From Patescibacteria group bacterium (lineage in GTDB: Bacteria > Patescibacteriota > JAHJAL01), in contig JBAZOB010000002.1 of the NCBI GenBank assembly GCA_041648895.1, positions 826 through 64,825 on the forward strand: a stretch of 64,000 nt of DNA, in the 5' to 3' direction. Every line of letters begins with the position of its first letter. The stretch's first letter is position 1. This document shows, piece after piece, positions 29,390 through 39,516 of the stretch. A program made the position numbers and the translations under genes. Under the pieces are notes generated by a model. That model had not been told where the DNA came from. It worked only from the letters and a program-made list of their open reading frames with translations, and searched no databases.

Positions 29390-32068
29390 TTATGGTCCGG
29401 GATTCACTGGGGGAGCACCGCCGGGGTTAACTGGAGGGGCGCCACCTGGATTTACGGGCGGAGCACCAGCCGGTCCGTAGGCGCCGCCTAGATTAACAGG
29501 AGGCGCGCCAGCTGGCTGTCGTCTTCGATTCCACCAATTTCTGATTCCACCAATAGCTCTGCCGCCCAATCCAATCGCGCCACCAATTACTGGAATAACA
29601 ACATATCTACCAGCCAATAACCCACCACCAACTTTTAAACCTGTATTTACCACCTCATTATAATTTACATAATTCGTCAAGGGAGCATTATCGCCAATCG
29701 GTTTATCCGGATTCCACAACCACCCCCACCAACTTTCCGGTGCTGGTGATCTGGCTGGAATTGTCGATTGTGCTTTTGCCGCCAACTCTTTTGCAATATC
29801 AACTCTTCTTTCCACATCGGGGATTAACTTACCATCGGTATCTGTCAATCCGTATGAATCTTTCAGACGGTCAATAGAGTCCTGGTCGAGGCCGGCATGA
29901 TGCAGTGCTTCATCGAGATTAACATTATGATGATCAAGTGCCATCATGGCAGCTTTCATCTTGCTTATGTCTTCTGATTGAGCGAATTTTACTACTTTAG
30001 CTAAATCAGATTTTGAAATACCGGTTAGACTCGGTTGTTTTAATGAACTATATTCGCCACTGAACGTATTGTCATAATCAAAATGAGTTGCATCAGCAGA
30101 TTTATTAATCACTTCTTTGGTAAATTGTTCAAGATGAGAAATATCATCCTGATTTTTCAAAATATTAGCCACATGCTGAATGCGAGCCCAGTTTTCTGGT
30201 TTACTGGCATCAAATAAACAATTGCGATCCAAGCCCTTATCAAGACACTGTTTATAAAATACTTGTATATTTTGTCCTTCCAGATGAAAAGTGTGGGGAT
30301 TATCTTGCCACGCCTTAATGATTTCCGGATGTAATGGGATCTCTTGTTGGATTTTTGCCAACTCATCTTTGTAGGCTTGTAGTGTCTCGGCGGAAGTATC
30401 CTTAACGCCATAATCATGACTTGCTACACTTTTTGAATCCGGTGCCATATCGTGATGCCGTAGATCATTATGGTCAACAACATTTGCGTCATGATTTTTG
30501 GTTAATTCCGCATATTTGTCAGCGTCATCAAACTTGTAGTTATCACTGAAATAATGATTATTGTTATCTAAATCAAATTTAGATTGTTTATAATCTGCAA
30601 ACAAACTGTCGTCGTCAGCACTAAATTTATTCGAATATTCTGATTTATCTAATTTGCTCCACCAATCAGCTGCATCTTGATGATTATTCGGATCAACTGG
30701 AGCTCCAAAGCCATGCTCTAGATTATCCGGTACCCCCATTCCTATACCATGGCCATTACCAAAAGTTCCGGACAAATCATTACTCTGATCAACATTGGAG
30801 ACGAAAAACCCTTGATTATGAGGTGAATGAATCACGTTGTGAGCTAAACGCTTTGAAGAATCAACAACGGGAGTGTTATCATTTACATCATTAGCTGAGG
30901 CCATATGGTGACTAGCTGCCAACTCAAACATGCCACCAATAAATCCACCAATAGCAGCGCTTTTCCCCATAGTTTTTAAATGATCCCACGTCGCCTTGCT
31001 TCCGGTGTTTTTAACTGCTTCGTTGTCAACAAAAGATCGATAATTAGTATCTATTTTTTTACCGAAGTTATCGACGTGACTCTGCAATTCTACCATGTAA
31101 TCCAGATCAACCTGCTTGTTTGCCACCAAGCCCCATTTACGTTTAATAAACTCTTTATTTGTTAGTACATTATGGATAGTAGCACCCAATGTCGCCAACT
31201 TTCTTTTCTTTTCTTCTGTCGAATAATTATTACTTTTTAGATAATTTTCTAATTTTGCTCGTAGATCATTGCCCGCAACATCAGGCCCAAAATCCATTTG
31301 AGCTTCAAAACGTCGATCCCACTGTTTTACTTCAAATTGCTTCGCCTGAATTTGCGCGTTAAGAGCTCCCGCACTCATACCAACTAAAACACCACCTAGA
31401 CCAACTAGATAGCCAGCTTTTCTGAGAGTATATATGGACACAACTGAACCAAGAGCCAATAATCCTTGGGCTATTTGTCTGACTCGGATAGATTCTATTT
31501 TATTCGGCCAAGTAACTGCATTTTTATATAATTCAGACGTTTCTTTATTCACCGTTACCAATGCTTCTAGTCTCGGATCATTATATTTAATATCTCGTCC
31601 TTCATTCTTCTCAGCCAAAATTCGCCCAACCATACGAGCAATCTTGCCATCATCGACTGCGATTTTATCTTTGTTCTCAAGCTCGGCCAAGGACCTTTCT
31701 TTTAGTTCATCATGTTTACCCAATTTGAAAGCAATTTTATCCCAAAGATTTCTTACGCCATTTCGAACCCTACCCAGAAGACCAATTATTTCACCTTTTT
31801 TATATCGTTTATCACTATCATGCTTGATAACGGTCGAAGCCATCTCGTTCATTAGCTCGCTTCGTAAGTATTTACACTCATTAAATACTCTTTCCTCATT
31901 GGCTGGGGTATTTACCCCATTCTCATCTAAGATGGTACTAATTCTGTCTTTTAATTTTTTATCAGCAGTGTCAAACGACATTCGCTCGCTATATTTCTCT
32001 TTTCTTTCGCTAGCTGCACTGATTCCTCTAGTGTTAGTGACATCTTTTTCAATTATGAGTGTGCTCAT
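29390..32068 (-). CDS. Large membrane protein (892 aa) with glycine-zipper TM helices, Asp/Asn/His-rich regions, and a C-terminal Pro-rich tandem repeat (GAPPVNPG x4)
   Basis: Hydrophobic GxxxG-rich segments ('GLLALGSVVSIYTLRKAGYLVGLGGVLVGMSAGAL', 'GGGLLAGRYVVIPVIGGAIGLGG') are followed by 'RNWWNRRRQ' and then 'PAGAPPVNLGGAYGPAGAPPVNPGGAPPVNPGGAPPVNPGP'. No known domain recognised. Confidence 0.55.
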   Translation of the reverse strand: MSTLIIEKDVTNTRGISAASERKEKYSERMSFDTADKKLKDRISTILDENGVNTPANEERVFNECKYLRSELMNEMASTVIKHDSDKRYKKGEIIGLLGRVRNGVRNLWDKIAFKLGKHDELKERSLAELENKDKIAVDDGKIARMVGRILAEKNEGRDIKYNDPRLEALVTVNKETSELYKNAVTWPNKIESIRVRQIAQGLLALGSVVSIYTLRKAGYLVGLGGVLVGMSAGALNAQIQAKQFEVKQWDRRFEAQMDFGPDVAGNDLRAKLENYLKSNNYSTEEKKRKLATLGATIHNVLTNKEFIKRKWGLVANKQVDLDYMVELQSHVDNFGKKIDTNYRSFVDNEAVKNTGSKATWDHLKTMGKSAAIGGFIGGMFELAASHHMASANDVNDNTPVVDSSKRLAHNVIHSPHNQGFFVSNVDQSNDLSGTFGNGHGIGMGVPDNLEHGFGAPVDPNNHQDAADWWSKLDKSEYSNKFSADDDSLFADYKQSKFDLDNNNHYFSDNYKFDDADKYAELTKNHDANVVDHNDLRHHDMAPDSKSVASHDYGVKDTSAETLQAYKDELAKIQQEIPLHPEIIKAWQDNPHTFHLEGQNIQVFYKQCLDKGLDRNCLFDASKPENWARIQHVANILKNQDDISHLEQFTKEVINKSADATHFDYDNTFSGEYSSLKQPSLTGISKSDLAKVVKFAQSEDISKMKAAMMALDHHNVNLDEALHHAGLDQDSIDRLKDSYGLTDTDGKLIPDVERRVDIAKELAAKAQSTIPARSPAPESWWGWLWNPDKPIGDNAPLTNYVNYNEVVNTGLKVGGGLLAGRYVVIPVIGGAIGLGGRAIGGIRNWWNRRRQPAGAPPVNLGGAYGPAGAPPVNPGGAPPVNPGGAPPVNPGP

Positions 32069-32201
32069 AACTAATCTCCAAAATTAAACTATACAATTTA
32101 TGAGGGATAAATAAATTTCTAATAAAACTATAACATTAAAGCATAAAAAGTAAAGGATTTCGTTTCCAAAACCCTCCTTTCTGCATGTTTTAAATCAATT
32201 A

Positions 32202-32537
32202 TTATTTTGTCTGATCTTCAATGGCGCCATCAATTCTTTGCATGTCGGCCATAATTTCTTTTTTACTATCTGTCATACTCGCCTGCAAAACATTGACAAA
32301 ATCTGGCATTACTTCAGCAATATAGTTAAGAATATCCATCATGTCTACCTTGTTCTCAATTTTTTCCGCTACCATCTTTTGCTGTTCTTCATTTAGATTA
32401 TTCATCACATCATGAAATAATTTCTGTTCGATCCTCTCTGTTAAACTTTGTTTGAGCTCATTCTTTTGCTCATCGGGTAAATTGGAAAACCCCAAGTCAG
32501 CAATAAGTTCATTAATAAATTGTTCTTGATTGTTCAT
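32202..32537 (-). CDS. Small acidic helical protein (111 aa), a paralog of 38695..39024. Encoded immediately upstream of the large membrane protein gene.
   Basis: Shares 'NLP(D/E)(E/G)(Q/K)K.E(L/M)' and downstream acidic helical spacing with the 38695..39024 product. No known motif. Confidence 0.5.
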   Translation of the reverse strand: MNNQEQFINELIADLGFSNLPDEQKNELKQSLTERIEQKLFHDVMNNLNEEQQKMVAEKIENKVDMMDILNYIAEVMPDFVNVLQASMTDSKKEIMADMQRIDGAIEDQTK

Positions 32538-32673
32538 TTTTATTTATTCTTAATTATTATAAATATATTTAGATCACAAATTAGACTAAACCATATCATA
32601 TATTGTTCAATAAGTCAATAAGAAAGAAACAACTATATCAGTTGTTTCTTTCTTTTATATGAGTATTCTTATT

Positions 32674-34503
32674 CTATATTTTTTTTAGTAACTCCCTTGC
32701 TTCGCTATTATTATCATCCATTTTTAGTGCCTCATTGAGCTCTTTTTTCGCTTCATCATTCCTGCCGTTCTCTATTAAAACTCGTCCCAAAAAAGTTCTA
32801 ACCCAGGTATTATTTGGTTCAAGATTTTTACATCTTTGAGCAGATTTTAAAGTATTCTTAGTATCACCAAGCTGCATAAAGGCGTGACCCTTATCGTACT
32901 CAGCCCACATCATATTTGGATCAATTATTATTGCTTTATCCAAAAATTCTAAAGCTAATCTTGATTTACCCTCTTTCAAATATTGAGAACCTTCATCTTT
33001 ATATCGATTAACATCTGATTTGAGAAATTTTACCTCGTCTAAATTAGGATTATTGCTATTTACATCTCGGTAGTATTTCATCGCCTCATCATAATCACCG
33101 ATACGAGTTAATATCTCAGCCATAGTAATTTTCACATATGGATTATTCGGAATTTGGTGCAAAGCCGCTTTTTGGAATTCCAATGCATCATCATATTTCA
33201 TCGTTTTTAGTAAAATTGTTGCTGAATCAGCCAACAACCATGGTTCGCCTGGATTCTCTTGACGCGCTTTCATAATATATTTTTCGGCGACTGCATAAAA
33301 ACTCGATTTCAACATTTTAATTGCTTTAGCATGATTACCGGGCTGTATAGTGGGTCTTACCTCAAGGCCAACTTTCCAAGAATGAGCATCTATTTTTGTC
33401 TCAACTTGCGACATATCAATGATGGTTCTATGTTTTCGTGTACTATTAAGATTACTATGCAATGTTTCCACGTTTTTCTGTCTTTTTTTCTCGTCTATTC
33501 TTGTTTCGTGGCTAATGTGATGACAAAAAGCTGAAGGACATGGAACAATGTAGTTTCCCAAGCTCAAAAGTTGCGCAGCCAAAATATCATCTTCAGCTCC
33601 CCAGCCCTTGATTCTTTCGTCATATCCCACCCCAATCTTGATCAAATCTTCTTTTTTGGCAGCAATATTTAATCCCCAGAAAAAGCTATAAGGACCCCAT
33701 TCCCCATGATCAATCCATATATCTTTAGTTTGGCCAAATCTTTTCAAATAATCATAATCAGATAAATGATCATAACACCATCTACCATCTTGTTCTAAAT
33801 CATACGGTAAATTAGGTAAATTACCCTTCAAATTCTCCAAAGAAATTTTTGGATCATCCATTTCAATATGGCCGCGTGCGCCAAACATAATAATATTATC
33901 AAGCTTCTCAAACCTCTTAGCATATTCCTCAATACTATTTGGATTAAGCACCACATCTGGATCATGAAAAATAATATGGCTATTCTTGGCCATATTAACA
34001 CCAGTATATCTGGCTTTTATTGGACCACCATTTTCTTGGCGGCACACTTTAATATTTAAATTTTTAACTAAGCCCTTATCAAATAATTCTTGCACTGCAT
34101 CAGATATATGACTCTCGCCCCTTGTTGATCCATCATCAACTACAACAACTTCCAATCTATCGTTATATTTGTTATTAAACGTGCTCGCTTCGATAGATGA
34201 TAAACATTTTTGTAATCTTTCACCATTGTTATATGCAGGAATAACAATACTTATAGTAGTATTTTTTATTTCGACATTGGTCTCAAAAGATTGATATGGA
34301 TCTTCGGCTAATTTCGATCCAGTTTCCTTTTCATAGTATTTATCCAACTCGTCATAGTTATTACCAAGCTTTTCCAAAATTTCTTTTACTGATTTACCCT
34401 CCAAAGTCATTTGGTCGGCAGTCTTCCGTCTTTCTCGTATTAACTTTTCAATATTATCTGGTAATTTTTTATTTTCCTTTGTCTCATTATTTTCAATATT
34501 CAT
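32674..34503 (-). CDS. Family 2 glycosyltransferase (GT-A fold) with a C-terminal TPR repeat domain
   Basis: 'TISIVIPAYNNGERLQKCL', 'LEVVVVDDGSTRGE' and a DPD motif mark the GT2 domain. C-terminal TPRs include 'AEILTRIGDYDEAMKYYRDV'. Length is 609 aa. Confidence 0.7.
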   Translation of the reverse strand: MNIENNETKENKKLPDNIEKLIRERRKTADQMTLEGKSVKEILEKLGNNYDELDKYYEKETGSKLAEDPYQSFETNVEIKNTTISIVIPAYNNGERLQKCLSSIEASTFNNKYNDRLEVVVVDDGSTRGESHISDAVQELFDKGLVKNLNIKVCRQENGGPIKARYTGVNMAKNSHIIFHDPDVVLNPNSIEEYAKRFEKLDNIIMFGARGHIEMDDPKISLENLKGNLPNLPYDLEQDGRWCYDHLSDYDYLKRFGQTKDIWIDHGEWGPYSFFWGLNIAAKKEDLIKIGVGYDERIKGWGAEDDILAAQLLSLGNYIVPCPSAFCHHISHETRIDEKKRQKNVETLHSNLNSTRKHRTIIDMSQVETKIDAHSWKVGLEVRPTIQPGNHAKAIKMLKSSFYAVAEKYIMKARQENPGEPWLLADSATILLKTMKYDDALEFQKAALHQIPNNPYVKITMAEILTRIGDYDEAMKYYRDVNSNNPNLDEVKFLKSDVNRYKDEGSQYLKEGKSRLALEFLDKAIIIDPNMMWAEYDKGHAFMQLGDTKNTLKSAQRCKNLEPNNTWVRTFLGRVLIENGRNDEAKKELNEALKMDDNNSEARELLKKI

Positions 34504-34549
34504 ATTTCCAAGATTAAGTTCTTACGCATTTTACTTAAAATATTTAACA

Positions 34550-36133
34550 TCATCTTTGAACATCCGAAATAATTTTCATATCGCGCGCCAAGATTAATGA
34601 TGCCGCATGATTCTCATGATAAAACTTTTCCACTTCATAATTATATTCTAGCCCATACTGCTTTGCCATTTTAGACCAATCGGAGCGATTGAGATAATCA
34701 GCTGGGTCAAATTTGTCAGGAAATACTGTTATAAGATTTGCACAATAATTAGCTAATAGATGCCATTTACCGTGATCAGTTGGCAAAACATTATAACCCA
34801 TATTCCGTAATTGATCATTTCTCTCTATGTATCTGTCATAATCTTCAGCAGTCTTTTTAAAACCATGCAATGTTTTAATAATTTCTACCCAATCTTTGTC
34901 GGTAATAACAGAAGCATATTCTTTAAATTTATCCTCTGATACTGTTTTTAAATCTCTTAAGTCGCCGACAAGAAAATCATATTTTTCCCGCCTTTTCCAG
35001 TCCTCAATATCTCTTTTATATCTTTGCCAATCTAGATCTTCGATAGATTTTCTTATCAATTTAGATTTAGAAAACTTATCAGGAAATACCTGTTTTAAAC
35101 TGGCCAAGCTATATAAGTAATTACCTGGTTCCCCTTCCTTCCTCCACCCCAACGTATCTTCAAAAGAATAAAATATTTTTTCATTGATGTTTATTGCAGA
35201 AAATTTTTCTGAGCCTAACAGCACTTTAAGTTTAGGTAATTCAAAAGAAACATCATCCCATTCACAATTCTCTCTACCTAATATCTCAAACGTCTTTTTA
35301 AAATCTCTATTTATCTCTTCTACTTCATACGAAAACGGGAAAATTGGCCCCTCATTCAGATCTTCCCGGCTTGCCCTTCCACTCGACATTGATTTATGCT
35401 CAACCAAATTAAAAGTAGAATCCGAATTATTTTTTTCTTCTATTAAAGATCCAAATAAATCTTTTGCTTCTTTATTGTTGGCATCAATATTCATTGCAGC
35501 CTCTAATTCTTCTCTAGCTTCAGTCATCTTTCCATTCATTATCAAAGCCTTGCCCAAAAAAGTTCTAACCCAGGTATTATTTGGTTCAAGATTTTTACAT
35601 CTTTGAGCAGATTTTAATGCATTCTTAGTATCACCCAGCTGCATAAAGGCGTGACCCTTATCATACTCAGCCCACATCATATTTGGATCAATTACTAATG
35701 TTTTATCAAGATCATCAAGAGCTTTTTGCAATTTTCCCTCTTTTAAATATTTTGTACCCTGATCCTTATAATGATTGGATTGTTCATCAAGAAACTGCAA
35801 TTCTGATAAATTATGATTCAGCTCTCTAGCTGCATCATAATATTGTTTTGCTTGATCATATTGACCCATTCTGGCCAATATATCGCCCATACCAATTTTT
35901 ACATATGGATTATCAGGCATCATTTTCTCTGCTGATCCCTGAAGTTTTTTTGCTTCCTCATATCTAGATCTTTTAAGATATATAGATGCCATATCGTTCA
36001 TTATCCAAGGATCATCTGGATTGTAATGTAATGCTCTTTCTATTAATTTTTCTGCTTCTTTATAGTTCTCTTTTTTCAGCATTTTAACTGCTTCAGAATG
36101 ATTATCAATATTTGTTTTTGTTTCGATGTTCAT
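34550..36133 (-). CDS. TPR-repeat protein (N-terminal ~230-aa TPR module paralogous to the C-terminus of the adjacent GT2 gene) with a C-terminal domain of unknown function
   Basis: TPR helices. The stretch 'PNMMWAEYDKGHAFMQLGDTKNALKSAQRCKNLEPNNTWVRTFLG' is near-identical to the neighbouring gene. Length is 527 aa. Confidence 0.6.
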   Translation of the reverse strand: MNIETKTNIDNHSEAVKMLKKENYKEAEKLIERALHYNPDDPWIMNDMASIYLKRSRYEEAKKLQGSAEKMMPDNPYVKIGMGDILARMGQYDQAKQYYDAARELNHNLSELQFLDEQSNHYKDQGTKYLKEGKLQKALDDLDKTLVIDPNMMWAEYDKGHAFMQLGDTKNALKSAQRCKNLEPNNTWVRTFLGKALIMNGKMTEAREELEAAMNIDANNKEAKDLFGSLIEEKNNSDSTFNLVEHKSMSSGRASREDLNEGPIFPFSYEVEEINRDFKKTFEILGRENCEWDDVSFELPKLKVLLGSEKFSAININEKIFYSFEDTLGWRKEGEPGNYLYSLASLKQVFPDKFSKSKLIRKSIEDLDWQRYKRDIEDWKRREKYDFLVGDLRDLKTVSEDKFKEYASVITDKDWVEIIKTLHGFKKTAEDYDRYIERNDQLRNMGYNVLPTDHGKWHLLANYCANLITVFPDKFDPADYLNRSDWSKMAKQYGLEYNYEVEKFYHENHAASLILARDMKIISDVQR

Positions 36134-36162
36134 TATATTTAATTATTTTATTAGAAATATCT

Positions 36163-38691
36163 TCATTTAATATTTAATAAACCTTTCTCTAATCTAGACA
36201 TATCAGTAAAAGTAATTTTACTTTGAGGTGGATTAGTTTTAAACATTCGTTCCCCATAAGCATTTTTCTCTAAATCACCGGCAACATAATTAATGTCATA
36301 TTTTACTCCCCACAATCCCAACGCCCGGCTTAAAACAGCTTTCGTGTCCTCAATAGTTTGTTTCCCGATATCCCTATCTTCGGTTAATAACTCAGTCACT
36401 AAATCATCTTCATATCCGACCCCTGACTCCCGACGTCGTATAACCTTAGGATGTTGATCATATAGACGCCAAAATCTTTGTGACATGTATACATTAAATA
36501 ATGCCGTTGCTTCTTGTTCTAATTTGTCTTTAAACTCTGGTGAGCCAACTTTTAGATCCTTGATCTTCTCTGGTGTTTGCTTTTGCGACATTATATCTTC
36601 CACATACCAACTATCATATTGTCGAGCAAGCGGTATGCCATTTTCAGCCGCATATATATCTCGACGATTATTTGTTGTGACTTTGATGGTATTGTCAAAT
36701 TTTACGGCTTCGTTCCCACGATATGCATTCTCTACAGCATATGAAAGCCGAATATCCTCAGCTATTTCATCTCTGGCATTGTAACCATTGGCCTTGGCAT
36801 AACCTTCAGCGGTCAATGTAGTATTCGGACCACCTGCTTTAGGTAAATAGGCAAAGTATTTATCCCTTTTAGCAATAATATCAACGTACTGCCATAATCT
36901 CCTTGCTGCAACTAGATATGGATACTTCTTAATTTCATCAGAAATATAATCCATTTTTGAAATCAACATTTTGGTATCTCGATTTTTCTCGTAATTATTG
37001 ATAACTTTTTCAAAAAATCTTTCATCAATATCCTGTAAATCTGCATCTGCACTAGCTACTATTAAGTCATGTCTTTGTTTTTTTCGCGCCAGACTTCTCA
37101 TTAATGTAACATCAGTAATCATCTTTCTGAGAAGACCCATATTTTGTTTACTACCAAACTCCTTACTAATGACATTGATTTTTACACCTGGATACTGCTT
37201 TTGAAAATTATCTAACTCCTTCACAGATTTCTCAATATTTTTGTCTGTATCGCCATAAGCATTTACAAAAACATTAATCTCGAAATTTTCGGCGGCAATG
37301 TATCCGCCACCATATTTTTGATTAATGTATTTTTCCAAGGTTTTTTTATATGTTTCCGGTTTTTCTTTAGCGTAAATGGGCAGGCATACAACCACTTTAC
37401 AATTTTCATCCATTGCAGGCAGACTCTCGGTATATTTTTTAATCTCATCAATATATGCTTTGTCAGTTGTCTCTAAATCTTTAAAATATCTCTTCAGTTG
37501 TATTCTTTCCTCTTTTATCCTTTCATTGGCATCGGTGAATTCTTTTACTTTTTCGATCTTTGCACTCGGGCTAGCGTCCGGCCCATAAGGCCTTCCTCGA
37601 TCTGGCCCATATCCTGGTCCATAACCAGGTCCATATCCCGGTCCTGTTCTAATTGGAGTCCACGCGTCACCCTTTTTTGTTGGCCACATTGAATCCACGG
37701 CTCTACCAGTTAAATAGGCAAGAGCAGAACCTAGACCAACTTTTTCAAAGAAACCAAGCCCGCTACCCAATACATGTGTGTTACCATATATAGCATTTTG
37801 TAAGACAGTAAGGTTACCAGCGGCCGGACCAAATGCCCTAGCCACTTTATCGGCTGTCTGTATGGCGTGGCTAGCCTCGCCAGGATTATAAACAAATTCC
37901 GCACCAGTTGCTTTCCAAATAACTTTATGATGATGATCTAAAAATCCGAGAGGATGTTTTTCAGTAATTGGGGTTAGCCCCTTGTCATAATCTTGAATAC
38001 CCAAAGATACTCCGCCCAGTAACCCAACTCCCAAAGTAGCCGCAGTTGAACCAATGGTCCGGCCTAATTTCCAGCGCCGCTCACTAGTCATATTTCTATT
38101 CTGAGTCTCGATTACCTCGGTTTCCTTACTGTGTAAGCGATTAAGTGCTTGTTGAAATTGGTTATAATTACGACTTCTCGCGGCCGTCTTTAACTCATCA
38201 GCTATAGTTGTTAATTCAGTTTGTACCCGCCATTCCAACTGAGCCCTATTTCGCCCCCAATGTAATTGTTCTGCTGCCTCCATTAAACCATCGAAACCTT
38301 CTCTCAAACCAGCCATTGATAGTGATGGGGTTAAAATTGTTCCTATCCCCCCGCCAAAAGTTAAACCAGCAAAAACACCAAAACCACCAATTGTTTTAAT
38401 GCCAATTTTTAACCACTTTCGCCAACGAGTAGTATCATAACGACCAGCCTCATCAAGAGTTTGGGCTGTTCTTCGTTCGCCTTCGCGATTCAACCACGCC
38501 TTGGCACGACTAAATAAACCAGAACCATATCTATCTATGGATCTTTGATGATCTCGTTGAGCCAAATTATTTATCGCATCGAGAGCTCTTTGCTCTAATG
38601 TATCTGGTGGACGGTCCGGTCCATAGGCTGGTCCGTAACTTGGTCTGTGCTCTGGTCCATAACTAGGACCATAACTTGGTCTTGACATCAT
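36163..38691 (-). CDS. Large membrane protein (842 aa) with N-terminal and internal Gly/Pro/Tyr tandem repeats (SYGP, GPGYGP), glycine-zipper helices, and a C-terminal GT2-like glycosyltransferase domain
   Basis: 'PSYGPSYGPEHRPSYGPAYGP' and 'GPGYGPGYGPGYGPDRGRPYGPD' repeats. C-terminal 'VVVCLPIYAKEKPE', 'INVFVNAYGDTD' and 'IVASADADLQD' align motif-by-motif with the GT2 N-domain of the 32674..34503 product. Confidence 0.55.
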   Translation of the reverse strand: MMSRPSYGPSYGPEHRPSYGPAYGPDRPPDTLEQRALDAINNLAQRDHQRSIDRYGSGLFSRAKAWLNREGERRTAQTLDEAGRYDTTRWRKWLKIGIKTIGGFGVFAGLTFGGGIGTILTPSLSMAGLREGFDGLMEAAEQLHWGRNRAQLEWRVQTELTTIADELKTAARSRNYNQFQQALNRLHSKETEVIETQNRNMTSERRWKLGRTIGSTAATLGVGLLGGVSLGIQDYDKGLTPITEKHPLGFLDHHHKVIWKATGAEFVYNPGEASHAIQTADKVARAFGPAAGNLTVLQNAIYGNTHVLGSGLGFFEKVGLGSALAYLTGRAVDSMWPTKKGDAWTPIRTGPGYGPGYGPGYGPDRGRPYGPDASPSAKIEKVKEFTDANERIKEERIQLKRYFKDLETTDKAYIDEIKKYTESLPAMDENCKVVVCLPIYAKEKPETYKKTLEKYINQKYGGGYIAAENFEINVFVNAYGDTDKNIEKSVKELDNFQKQYPGVKINVISKEFGSKQNMGLLRKMITDVTLMRSLARKKQRHDLIVASADADLQDIDERFFEKVINNYEKNRDTKMLISKMDYISDEIKKYPYLVAARRLWQYVDIIAKRDKYFAYLPKAGGPNTTLTAEGYAKANGYNARDEIAEDIRLSYAVENAYRGNEAVKFDNTIKVTTNNRRDIYAAENGIPLARQYDSWYVEDIMSQKQTPEKIKDLKVGSPEFKDKLEQEATALFNVYMSQRFWRLYDQHPKVIRRRESGVGYEDDLVTELLTEDRDIGKQTIEDTKAVLSRALGLWGVKYDINYVAGDLEKNAYGERMFKTNPPQSKITFTDMSRLEKGLLNIK

Positions 38692-38694
38692 TTT

Positions 38695-39024
38695 TTACCC
38701 TTGTTGTATTAAGTCAAGTAATTCTTTTTTATATACTAAAGCTTCTTCTGTTACCAACATATCTAGTTTTATTCCATATGAATCTAAATATTCTCTAATC
38801 TCATCATCATTATTCTCGTCTAATAAAGAAAAAAATTCAGCCTCATTTTCTTGGCCCAATTCTTCTACGATTCTAACCATCACCCTGTCTCTTACTGATT
38901 CCATCATTTTCGAAATCATTTCTTCTTTCTTGCCTTCTGGTAAATTTTCCAAACCTGCCAATTCAAACAAATCTCCCTCAATCAAGTTCTTTAAATCCAA
39001 TCCCTTTTTAGTTTTTGGTTCCAT
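38695..39024 (-). CDS. Small acidic helical protein (109 aa), a paralog of 32202..32537. First gene of the minus-strand block.
   Basis: 'LAGLENLPEGKKEEMISKMMESVRDRV' aligns with 'DLGFSNLPDEQKNELKQSLTERIEQKL' of the paralog. The gene lies 3 nt upstream of the 842-aa gene. Confidence 0.5.
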   Translation of the reverse strand: MEPKTKKGLDLKNLIEGDLFELAGLENLPEGKKEEMISKMMESVRDRVMVRIVEELGQENEAEFFSLLDENNDDEIREYLDSYGIKLDMLVTEEALVYKKELLDLIQQG

Positions 39025-39237
39025 TTTGTCTCTTTTTTATTAAATTATTTTATTTCAACATATTGTATCATTATCTTATTAAAAAAGCAACAATAATTCT
39101 GCCACAAATCAATATATCTGACATTTTGTTGTATATATTAATATTTTAATATATTGCTCTTGGATTGAAACATATTTTCAACCATGCTAACATATAATCT
39201 AATTAGCTCATTTTTTTAAAAATCTGGCCCAAAAAAC

Positions 39238-39516
39238 ATGGCCGAAAAACCTAATTCTAAGTCAGAATCTGTCTTTCAGCCACTTCAGTTAGCTCTCAAC
39301 CTTGGCTACATGATCGCTTTGCCCCTGGTGATATTGGCCTTGGTCGGTCGTTACCTGGATAAAATATACCAGACCAGCCCCATATTCCTTTTGATTGGTC
39401 TCTTTATTGCCTTTGGTATTTCCTGCTACTATGTGTATAGGAAAGTTATAAAGATCTACTCCAATTTAGAAATTACCTCTTCAAAAGATAAGAATAGTGA
39501 TAAAAAAGATAAATAA
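39238..39516 (+). CDS. Small two-TM protein, AtpZ/AtpI-like ATP-synthase-operon leader protein
   Basis: 92 aa with two hydrophobic helices ('LGYMIALPLVILALVGRYLDK', 'IFLLIGLFIAFGISCYYVYRK'), positioned directly upstream of atpB. Confidence 0.4.
   Translation: MAEKPNSKSESVFQPLQLALNLGYMIALPLVILALVGRYLDKIYQTSPIFLLIGLFIAFGISCYYVYRKVIKIYSNLEITSSKDKNSDKKDK

Noticed and set aside
39040-39237. Candidate sigma70 promoter for the atp operon (TTGAAA ... TAACAT/TATAAT)
   Set aside because: Spacing between the best hexamers is 18 or 23 nt and several alternatives exist in this very AT-rich region. No promoter is called.
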